DNA from: Squalus acanthias
Lineage: Eukaryota
Length of the DNA stretch: 64,000 nt
Reading direction: 5' to 3'
Assembly (NCBI GenBank): GCA_030390025.1
Contig: CM059431.1
Span: forward strand, 129,768,001 to 129,832,000
Position 1 is the stretch's first letter, and every line of letters starts with the position of its first letter. Positions 12,413 to 22,527 of the stretch are shown one piece after another. A program made the translations under genes and the position numbers. The notes beneath the pieces were generated by a model that was not told where the DNA came from, ran no database searches, and was given only the letters and a program-made list of their open reading frames with translations.

Positions 12413-14338
12413 ATGGTAAGCTCAAGGTCCAAGTCTGCACCCCGCTTTGATGGACTCCTCTGGTGGAGGGAGCAAGAGCTCATAAGGAAGTGCTGTTTCC
12501 TTCTGCTGGGAGGAAAAAACCTCCCCAGCAGACCAAAGCTGTGTGGCTGCAAGTGGCACAGGAGGTCAGTGCCATCTCAATGTGCAGCAGAACATGGCTG
12601 CAGTGCAGAAAGAGGTTTCATGACCTTCTCCGCACAGGAAAAGTGAGTATTCCATCACCATGACCCTCAATCTGTTCCCCATCGCCTCTCATCCCCAGCA
12701 CTCTGCATTGCCAACCTCCTCCTCCACATTCCACTTGACCCTTACATCCCTGCACCCTTAACCATTCCCTCTCTCTCTATGTACACATTCACTTAACTAT
12801 TCGACTATGCAGCCCTCGCACTCCCTATCACTGTTATGCTATGACAACAACTTACAACACACAGGGAGGGCCCTTGGTCTTGGGACCTCACTCCATCTTT
12901 GTGTCCTTCTAAGCATCGATGCTATGGATTCTCTACACTCACTGCTTCATTCTCACTCAAACTCCACTTGTGTCCCTCATTGCAGGAAAAGAGAGTCCAC
13001 AATAAGAGGGAAAGGGCAGAGACAGGAGGAGGGCCACCCTCAATAGCCCAGCTCACCAGCACAGAGGAGGCGGCCCTCGAGATCGTGCGAGTCAAGGAGG
13101 ATGCGCAAGTGGGGGACGGACAGACGGGCGCATCAGAGCAAGCTGATGACAGAATAGTTTTCCATCTCTCTATTTGACATTGCATGAGTGGCTGATATTG
13201 ATTCTGATGCTCTAACAGATTGACTTATGATCATCTGCACAATTCCATGTGCATGCAACGTTTATCTCACATGTCTAACTCTGTCCTTTACTCCCCTACA
13301 GGACCATCCACAGCCCCCCTCACCACTGTCCAGGAGGAACAGCCTGAGCCACAAGACTCCTCAGAGGAATCTGCAACCTCTGAGGGTGCAGCGTCACCAG
13401 AATTAAGCACACCCAGCACCAGCGCAGACACTCACACCTCGGTGGGACCTTCGGGACATAGAGTAGTGTTGTCACCTGGTGTATCACAGCTCACAAGTGA
13501 GCATCAGCAGATGGTGGAGACAGGGACAGCAGTGGAGAGTCCTCGTCGGAGGGCGCAGATCACTCCCAGTTGCATGTGGATCCAGAAAGAGAGCAGTGCT
13601 GGAACTCCAGGAACAGGTGCAGGAGTCTCTGGCAGGTTTTGGCTCCAGGGTCACTGCGAGTGTGGAGCGGATGGAGGAGTCCATCTCTAACATGAGCAGT
13701 GCCTTTGTGGAGGCAATGGCGCATGAATGCATCACCATGGAAAGGATGGCAACCTCCGTGGAAAGGATGGCTACGGTAGAGGAGAGGATGGCTACGGCCA
13801 TGGAGGAGCTAAGTCGCCAGAGTGTTGAAAACATGATCATTGTTCAGAATAGACTGACAGCTCTGGAGAACGATGGACAGCTATTGAGCAGAGAAACCAG
13901 AGCTTCATGGAAGTCCTCTGGAGTAGGACTGCCAGTGCAGAAACGGGTCCTCATGGCCCCCCTGAAGTGCAGCAAGGTGCTGTCAAGCCACTTGCTAGCT
14001 CTGAAGTGGGCCTGACCCATGAGAGGGATGTTGGTGGCAGACAACAAGGAAGTGGGGGCTCCTCTTCAAGCACTCACACTTCCATGCCACTGCACAGCCC
14101 TCAGTCAGAGCCCCACCACAGTCCTCACCCAACTGAGATGGGCGTCTCATCCCCTGCACAGCCGCAGGAGCAGCAGACTGTTGGCGAGCCCTCACAGGCT
14201 CGCAACCCCAGAGGACGCCGGCCAAAGGTGTCGAGGCAGGAGCAGCATGAAAGTGAGCAAGGGGCCTCCACATCTGCTGAAGCCACAGGGGAAGTACCAC
14301 GTAGGAGCATGCGTAAGAGGAAGATAAAGCACAAGTAG
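12413..14338 (+). pseudogene. Three-exon Myb/SANT gene of H3 (exons ~12413-12642, 12986-~13144, 13302-14338)
   Basis: APRF..WLQVAQEV..RTWLQCRKRFHDL|gtgagt; tgcag|EKRVHNKRERAETGGG; ctacag acceptor; basic C-terminus; frameshifts present. Confidence 0.85.
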
Positions 14339-14596
14339 TCACAAGGGTAGTCACTTGGGTGTTCTGTTGTGTTTAATTGTGAAATGCCATCCGTGAATTA
14401 ATGTTATAAAATTACTTGATGGCAAACTGTTGAAGTTGTGGGCTGTGTCATTTCGCAAATGGGACTTCCACATTGAGGGCTCAGGGTGACTTGGAATTGT
14501 CAGTATGGTGGTCAGAGTGATAGGAAGCCGTAGGTTCTTGTCCATTGTCGATGGTGTGGTAAGAAGGTGAGAACCAAATGTGTTTGATTGGGCAGC

Positions 14597-15846
14597 CTAA
14601 GCAAATCTGGCCAAGATCAGTGCATCCCTTGCATCTTGGGCAGCAATGTTCTCGCGTGCTGCTGCCGCTGGTTGATGCACCTCCGCAAGCTCTTCGTTCT
14701 CGCTCTCCTCCTCCTCCTCCTTCTCATCCTCATCTGAGGAGGCTATGCGATGAGCCACTTGTACCGCAGGCAGCTGCAAGCCACGATGCTGTGCGCTGTT
14801 GTGAAGTGCACAGCAGATCACGACGATTCTGGAGACCCCGGCTGCTGAGTACTGCAGGGCTCCACCTGATCTATCAAGGCATCTGAATCGCAACTTCAGC
14901 AAGCCGATGGTTTGCTCGATAATGGATCTGGTGGAAATGTGGCTGGAGTTGTAGCGCTCCTCAGCTTCGTTGGATGGCCTCCTCAATGGCGTCATTAGCC
15001 ACGTCTTCAGGTGATAGCCCTTGTCTCCAAGTAGCCATCCGCAAAGTTGGTCTGGCGGACTGAAGAGCGGAGGCACACTAGACTGCCGCAGGATGAAAGA
15101 GTCATGGCAACTGCCAGGGTATTGGCGCAAACATGCAAAATTTCCTTACTGTGGTTACACACCAGCTGCACGTTGAGGGAGTGGAAGCCCTTGCGGTTGA
15201 CAAAAGTACCTGGATTGTGATGGGGTGCCTTAAGGGCCACATGTGTGCAGTCAACGACACCTTGCACCCTTGGAAAGCCTGCCAGATTAGCAAATCCAAC
15301 CGCACGCGCGGTTACACTTGCTTGACCCTTGGAGAAGTTGATGTAATTGTGCACGTTGGCAAAGAGGGCATCGGTTACCTGCGTGATGCAAGTGTGTGCG
15401 GCCGCCTGGGAGATGCCGTTGATGTCTGCTGTTGATCCCTGGAATGAGCCTGAAGCAAAAAAGTTGAGTACGGTGGTGACTTTCACGGCCACTGGTAAGG
15501 GGTGTCCACCCGCTCCAATGGGCTCCAGGTCTTGCTGCAGCATTGCGCAGATGTCACCCACTACCTCTCGCGAAAGTCTGAGCCTCCTCTGGCGCTGCTG
15601 CTCAGTCATGTTGAGGTAGCTCATCCTCTGTCTGTAAACCGTGTTTTGGGGGTATCTCCTGCGGCGATGTCCTTCGCTGCGCTGCCGCCTTCTGGCCTGT
15701 GCAGCTTCAGGTGGGTGAGCAGCAGGTTGGCGCTCCTGTTGTTGCTCCTGCTGTTGGTGCTGCTGTTGTTCCAGGTTCTGCTGCTGCTGCGGCTGGTCTT
15801 CATCCGAATCTGAGGTCCAGGAGAAAGGGAAATAAATGGTTCCCAT
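14597..15846 (-). pseudogene. Harbinger DDE transposase of H3, single frameshift near 15125
   Basis: Overlapping ORFs 15007-15846 and 14597-15130 give [38 protein letters not shown]. Confidence 0.95.
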
Positions 15847-17504
15847 GCTGCAGGTATATACCTCAGTTGAGGAAGCGCTCAGTTAAGGTGGGGAGAGGGG
15901 TTTCCCAGGAGGTCACAGTAGAGATAGATCTCAGCTTCAAAACTTGCAAAATCAGTAGGCATGCAAAAAGTTCTCCCAGACCTGAGAAAAGAAAGTTCTG
16001 CCAACTGCAAATGATCATTATGCAAAACTCCGTTTTTATGGTGGAGCTGCAGCTGTTAGTAAGCCATCCATTTGTGAACCCTACAGGATTAACTGGCGTA
16101 TTCCAGGGGAGCCGAGCAGCATGAGGGAATGTAGGAAACTCTGAAAGGCCTCTCAAAATGGCATTATAGAGGCACGTAAGTGGTTGTTAAGTGCTTTAAG
16201 GGCCTATCCCGCCTCTTGGAGGCGGGACCGAAACAGGGTCTGAAAGCCCGCATTTGGGAAAGTTGCTCAGAGGCGGGTTGGAGGCGGGATCGGCGGCCCG
16301 ACCCCATTTTTGGCAACTTTCCCACCTGACCCGCCTTCAAACTCGCCTCCTCGGGCCTGGCAAAATCCAGCCCATGAAGTTCAAATCCCATCACGGCAGC
16401 TGGGGAATTTAAATTCAGTTAATTAAATAAATCTGGAATTTAAAAAAAGCTAGTATCAGTAATCGTAACCATGAAACTATCGGATTGTCGTAAAAACCCA
16501 TTTGGTTCACTGATGTCCTTTAGGGAAGGAAATCTGCCGTCCTTACCTGGTCTGGCTGATATGTGACTCCAGACCCACAGCAATGTAGTTGACTCTTAAC
16601 TGCCCTCTGAAATGGCCTAGCAAGCCACTCAGTTGTAACAAACCGCTACGAAACAAAATAGTAAGAATGAAACCGGCATCGACCTCAGCACCGGCTACGG
16701 ACACAGCAACGGTATACCCAGCCCAGTCAACCCTTGCAAAGTCCTCTGCACCAACATCTGGGGATTTGTGCCAAAATTGGGAGAGCTGTCCCACAGACTA
16801 GTCAAGCAACAGCCAGATATACTCATACTCACAGAATCATACCTTTCATCCAATGTCCCAAACACCTCCATCACCATTCCTGCGTATGTCCTGTCCCACC
16901 GGCAGGACAGACCCACCAGGGGTGGCGGCACAGTCGGGAAGGAGTGGCCCTGGGAGTCCTCAACGTTGACTCTGGACTCCATGAAGTCTCATGGCTTCAG
17001 GTCAAGCATGGGCAAGGAAACCTCCTGTTGATTACCACCTACCGCCCTCCCTCAGCTGATGAATCAGTGCTCCTCCATATTGAACACCACTTGGAAGAAG
17101 CACTGAGAGTAGCAAGGGCACAGAATGTACTCTGGGTGGGAGACTTCAATGTTCATCACCAAGAGTGGCTCGGTAGCACCACTACTGACCGAGCTGGCCG
17201 AGTCCTGAAGGACATAGCTGCCAGTCTGGGCCTGCGACAGGTGGTGAGAGAACTAACACGAGGGAAAAACCTACTTGACCTCGTCCTCACCAATCTACCT
17301 GTCGCAGATGCATCTGTCCATGACAGTATTGGTAGCAGTGACCACCGCACAGTCATTGTGGAGACGAAGTCCTGTCTTCACACTGAGGACATCCTCCATC
17401 GTGTTGTGTGGCACTACCACCATGCTAAATGGGATAGATTCAGAACAGATTGAGCATCTCAAATCTGGGCATCCATGAGGCGCTGTGGGCCATCAGCAGC
17501 AGCA

Positions 17505-18818
17505 TACGAACATACGAATTAGGAGCAGAAGTAGGCCACTCAGCCCTTCGAGCCTGCTCCACCATTCAATAAGATCATGGCTGATCCAATTACTCCACAT
17601 TCCCGCCTACCCCCGATAACCTTTCACCCCCTTGCTTACCAAGAATCTATCTACCTCTGCCTTAAAAATATTCAAAGACTCTGCTTCCACCGCCCTCTGA
17701 GGAAGAGAGTTCCAAAGACTCACGACCCTCCTCATCTCAGTGTTAAATGGGCGACCCCTATTTTTAAACAGGTGTCCAAAAGCTTGGTGGAAGGTGGGTT
17801 TTGAGGAGCATCTTGGAGAGTGAGGCCAAGAAGTTTAGGGAGGGAATTAATCCTATCTCATTGCACAATACCAGGTCTAGTATAGCCTGCTCTCTGGTTG
17901 GCTCCAGAACATGCTGTTGTAAGAAACTATCCCGAAAACATTCCATGAACTCCTCATCTATGCTACCTTTGCCCATCTGATTTTTCCAGTCTATATACAG
18001 ATTAAAATCCCCCATGATTATCGCCGAACCCTTCTGACAAGCTCCCATTATTTCTTCCTTTATACACGATCCTACCATGTGGTTACTGTTAGGGGGCCTG
18101 TACACCACTCCCACAAGTGACTTCTTGCCTTTATTATTTCTCATCTCTACCCAAACTATTTCTACATCCTGGTTTCCTGAACTTAGGTCATCCCTCTCTA
18201 TTGTGCTAATACCATCATTAATTAACAGAGCCACCCCTCCACTTTTTCCCACCTTCCTGTCCTTCCTAAATGTCATGCACCCTTCAATATTCAGGTCCCA
18301 ATCTATGTCATCCTGTAGCCATGTTTCTGTAATGGCTATCAGATCATATTTCTTTATTTCTATTTTCGCTATCAGTTCATCTGTTTTGTTTCGCATGCTA
18401 CGTGCATTCAGATGCAGAGCCTTTAGTTTTGTCCTTTTATTATTTTTGTAACCTCTAGCCTTATCTGTCGATTTATTCTTAGATTTGTACTCTCTATCTC
18501 TTCCTGTCACGGTCTGTTTATCATTTCCCATATTAATACCTTTCTCTATTGCCTTGTCTCTAATCTTTGAATTACCACATCTTCCCAAATTTGATCCCAT
18601 GCCCCCAATATTTAGTTGAAAGCCCTCTCTACCGCCCTAGTTATACGACTTGCTAGAACACTGGTCCCAGCATGGTTCAGGTGAAGACCGTCCCAACGAT
18701 ACAGATCCCACTTTCCCCAGTACTGGTGCCAGTGCACCAGGAATTGAAACCCATTTCTCCCACACCAGTCTTTGAGCCACGCTTTCATCACTCTAATTTT
18801 ATTTACCCTATGCCAATT
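17505..18818 (-). mobile_element. Rearranged CR1 insertion: ORF1 esterase end + ORF2 endonuclease, ~75-bp L2-tail filler, CR1 3' tail
   Basis: WDGLHLNHAG (SGNH-type ORF1); NARSMRNK..ITETWL..YRPP..GDFN..LDL; duplicated AGCA at both ends. Confidence 0.85.
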
Positions 18819-21019
18819 AGCAGAATTGTATTCAACCACAATCTGTAACCTCATGGCCCGGCATAACCCTCACTCTACCATTACCATCAAGCCAGGGGAC
18901 CAACCCTGGTTCAATGAGGAGTGTAGAAGAGCATGTCAGGAGCAGCACCAGGCGTACCTAAAAATGAGGTGCCAACCTGGGGAAGCCGCAACACAGGACT
19001 ACATGCATGCTAAAAAGCGGAAGCAGCATGCTATAGACAGGGCAAAGCGATCCCACAATCAACGGATCAGATCAAAGCTCTGCAGTCCTGCCACATCCAA
19101 TCATGAATGATGGTGGACCATTAAACAACTAACGGGAGGAGGAGGCTCCATGAATATCCCCATCCTCAATGATGGTGGAGCCCAGCACGTGAGTGCAAAA
19201 GACAAGGCTGAAGCATTTGCAACCATCTTCAGCCAGAATTGCCGAGTGGATGATCCATATCGGCCTCCACCTGAGGTCCCCACCATCACAGAAGCCAGTC
19301 TTCAGCCAATTCGATTCACTCCACGTGATATCAAGAAACAGCTGAGTGCACTGGATACAGCAAAGGCTATGGGCCCCGACAACATCCCGACTGTCGTGCT
19401 GAAGACTTGTGCTCCAGAACTAGCCGCACCTCTAGCCAAGCTGTTCCAGTACAGATACAACACTGGCATCTATCCGACAATGTGCAAAACTGCCCAGGTA
19501 TGTCCTGTCCACAAAATGCAGGACAAATCCAATCCAGCCAATTACTGCCTCATCAGCCTACTCTCAATCATCAGCAAAGTGATGGAATGTGTCATCGACA
19601 GTGCTATCAAGCGGCACTTACTCACCAATAACCTGCTCACTGATGCTCAGTTTGGGTTCTGCCAAGACCACTCAGCTCCAGACCTCATTACAGCCTTGGT
19701 CCAAACATGGACAAAGGAGCTGAATTCCAGAGGTGAGGTGAGAGTGACTGCCCTTGACATCAAGGCAGCATTTGACCGAGTGTGGCATGAAGGAGCCCTC
19801 GTAAAACTGAAGTCAATGGGAATCAGGGGGGGAAAACTCTCCACTAGCTGGAGTCATACCTAGCACAAAGGAAGATGGTTGTGGTGATTGAAGGTCAATC
19901 ATCACAGCCCCAGGACATCGCTGCAGGCGTTCCTCAGGGCAGTGTCCTAGGCACAAACATCTTCAGCTGCTTCATCAATGACCTTCCCTCCAACATAAGG
20001 TCAGAAATGGGGATGTTTGCTGATGACTGCACAGTGTTCAGTGCCATTCATAACTCCTCAGATAATGAAGCAGTCCATGCCCGCATGCAACAAGACCTGG
20101 ACGATGTTCAGGCTTGGGCTGATAAGTGGCAGATCACATTCGCGCCACAGAAGTGCCAGGTAATGACTATCTCCAACAAGCGAGAGTCTAACCACCGCCC
20201 CTTGACATTGAACGGCATTACCATCGCCGAATCCCCCACCGTCAACATCCTGGGGGTCACCATTGACCAGAAACTTAACTGGACCAGCCACAAATACTGT
20301 GGCAACAAGAGCAGGTCAGAGGCTAGGTATTCTGTGGCGAGTGTCTCACCTCCTGACTCCACAAAGCCTTTCCACCATCTACAAGGCACAAGTAAGGAGT
20401 GTGATGGAATACTCACCACTTGCCTGGATGAGTGCAGCTCCAACAACACTCAAGAAGCTCGACACCATCCAGGACAAAGCAGCCCGCTTGATTGGCACCC
20501 CATCTACCACCTTAAACATTCAGTCCCTCCACCACCGGCGTACCGTGGCTGCAGTGTATACCATCTACAAGATGCGCTGCAGCAACTCGCCAAGGCTTCT
20601 TCGGCAGCACCTCCCAAACCCGCAAACTCTTCCACCTTGAAGCACAAGGGCAGCAGGCGCATGGGAACACCACCACCTCCAAGTTCCCCTCCAAGTCACA
20701 CACCATCCTGACTTAGAAGTATATTGCCGATCCTTCATCGTCTCTTGTCAAAATCCTGGAACTCCCTACCTAACAGCATTGTGAGAGTACCTTCACCACA
20801 CGGACTGCAACGGTTCAAGAAGGCGGCTCACCACCACCTTCTCAAGGGCAATTAGGGATTTGCAATAAATGCTGGCTTTGCCAGCAATGCCCACATCCCA
20901 TAAACGAATTAAAAAAAAGACTGCAGATGGCCTTGCAGGATGACCTCAAGGAGCTCTGGGCCTAGGAGGCCCAGCTTTGGACTGCACCACCTCAGTATGG
21001 GCAGCAGCAGTCTGGGCTG

Positions 21020-21117
21020 TAAACAGAAAATGCTGGAAATATTCTGCAGGTCAGGCAGCATCTGTGGAGCGATAAACAGCATTAACGTTTCAGGTCGATG
21101 ACCTTTCATCAGAACTG
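21020..21117 (-). mobile_element. 98-bp Penelope-type terminal-repeat insertion carrying a minimal hammerhead ribozyme
   Basis: 13-bp TSD gcagtctgg(g/c)ctg; minus strand CTGATGA-A-AGGTC(atc)GACCT-GAAACGTT. Confidence 0.7.
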
Positions 21118-21178
21118 GCAGTCTGGCCTGGCTGGCTGACAGGCAACAGCAAGTGCACTTGTAGAGTAACAGTGGTGG

Positions 21179-22527
21179 TGTAGGGGGTGGTGTGTGGGGT
21201 CAGCCTCACCTCTGACTCAGTGAGCGGTTCGAATCGCTCCCACTTCCCTGGTTCTAGACCGTGGACTTTTGGGGGTTGTGAACAAAGATGCAGTAGACAA
21301 CAGGTTTGGATGAAAGAGTTTTGACTTTTATTAAAGGAAGTAAAACACAACACAAACACTCTTATCACTCTAAAGGTGGGGAACACTTCGGTACAAGCAA
21401 GAGAAATAACATTAGAAGAATACTTCACCCCTCCCAATCCCACTTCACTAGCTAGGTTGGACTCTGGAGAACCAGGGATAATGCTCACCAAACGAATCCT
21501 TGACAGTTTAGAGTTAGGGTTTAGAGTCTTCTGAGTAAAAGGTTTCGTAAGGCCCTTGTTGCCGCGAGGTGTCCGATGGTCACTGAGGCAGTCGCTCTGG
21601 TTTCTTCTTGCGTGTCGGTCTGCTTGTGAAGCTGTTGGCCTTCTTTGTTTAACTTCTTGCTGTAACTCTGCCTCTGTTTAAACTGTCTTCTTCCGAGCTG
21701 TGGAACTGCCTTCTTGCAGAACTGTGGAAACTGCCTTCTGCCTGCTTGTCCTGAACTCTGTTCAACACAGGCTTTCAATTCTGTTGAACTTCAACTCTTT
21801 ACTGGAGAACGTCAACTCTTGTAACTGCTTGATGGGCCTTCAATTATACTGTTCAGGCCCTTTGTCTTTTTCGCGCCAAAACCCCTTTACTAAATCGGTT
21901 TCGTGTTGAAGTGATTTAGGTTTCAGTTGAGGCCTGTTCATTCCATTGTCTTAGTTTTTGCGGGTTGTTAAGTTTTGATGGTTTTAACTTGGTGTTAAAT
22001 TGTCCTGATGGCTTCCGATGTCTCCCATTTAGGCAGGGCCTTTATCTACGCGTCAAATCTTGTCCCTATAGATACCTGGCTGATTGGTTTTTGATGAAGT
22101 AATGGGTGTACTAGATGTTTTATTGTTTACAGGCTTCTGGCATCCTGTTTGGGCCAGGGGATATTCAAAAGGTGTCTTGAATTATTCAATTTTGGAAGTG
22201 TTGTGAGGTTTTGGGTGAGGTTCTTCCTCCTGCCTGGATTGCAGTGCAAACAAATTCCAGACAGCTTGACGCCAAAAGCTGTCCACTGCCTCGCCACACC
22301 CCTTCGCAGCCTGTCTTGTGTCTGTGAAAGGTGTTTTTCCCCATAGTTATTTTTAAGTCATTTTTCCTCAGGGTTTTTCTTCCCTGATCTTTAAAATGTC
22401 CAAAACTGAGGTTTTTACCTCAAATCACTTCACTTAGGTCCCATCATCCCAAATTCGTAGGAAAAATCCAAAAATCACCCCTTTTATGGTTCTATACGAA
22501 TTTCTGGGGAATTTTGCGAAGCTTACA
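21179..22527 (-). mobile_element. Solo LTR (1349 bp) of a Gypsy or ERV element
   Basis: TGTA...TACA termini; 4-bp TSD GTGG; host Myb exon is continuous across it; AATAAA on - near 21330. Confidence 0.85.

Larger units (their letters stand above)
12131..16373. mobile_element. Near-complete PIF/Harbinger transposon H3 (4243 bp)
   Basis: Perfect 13-bp TIRs gggctggattttg / caaaatccagccc; TSD ATG; two convergent genes. Confidence 0.95.
12068..16388 (+). promoter_or_regulatory. Split type-2 Pol III promoter: A box 12068-12078 and B box 16379-16388, separated by Harbinger H3
   Basis: TGGCATAGTGG and GTTCAAATCC; anticodon-like arm ctggg-ctAGTaa-tccag at 12087-12103; 54-nt spacing after removing H3. 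Confidence 0.75.
12060..20917 (+). mobile_element. Full-length tRNA-headed CR1-group non-LTR retroelement (single APE+RT frame, no ORF1); own segments 12060-12130, 16377-17504, 18823-20917
   Basis: TSD AGACTG at 12054-12059 and 20918-20923; APE motifs PDILILTES, YRPP, GDFN, LDL, SDH; RT motifs DIKAAFDRVWH, GVPQGSVLG, FADD, YKAQVRSVMEY; 3' stem-loop and A tail. Confidence 0.88.

Noticed and set aside
14597..15846. Domesticated HARBI1 gene
   Set aside because: Flanked by TIRs and a TSD, multi-copy and frameshifted, so a transposon rather than the host gene.
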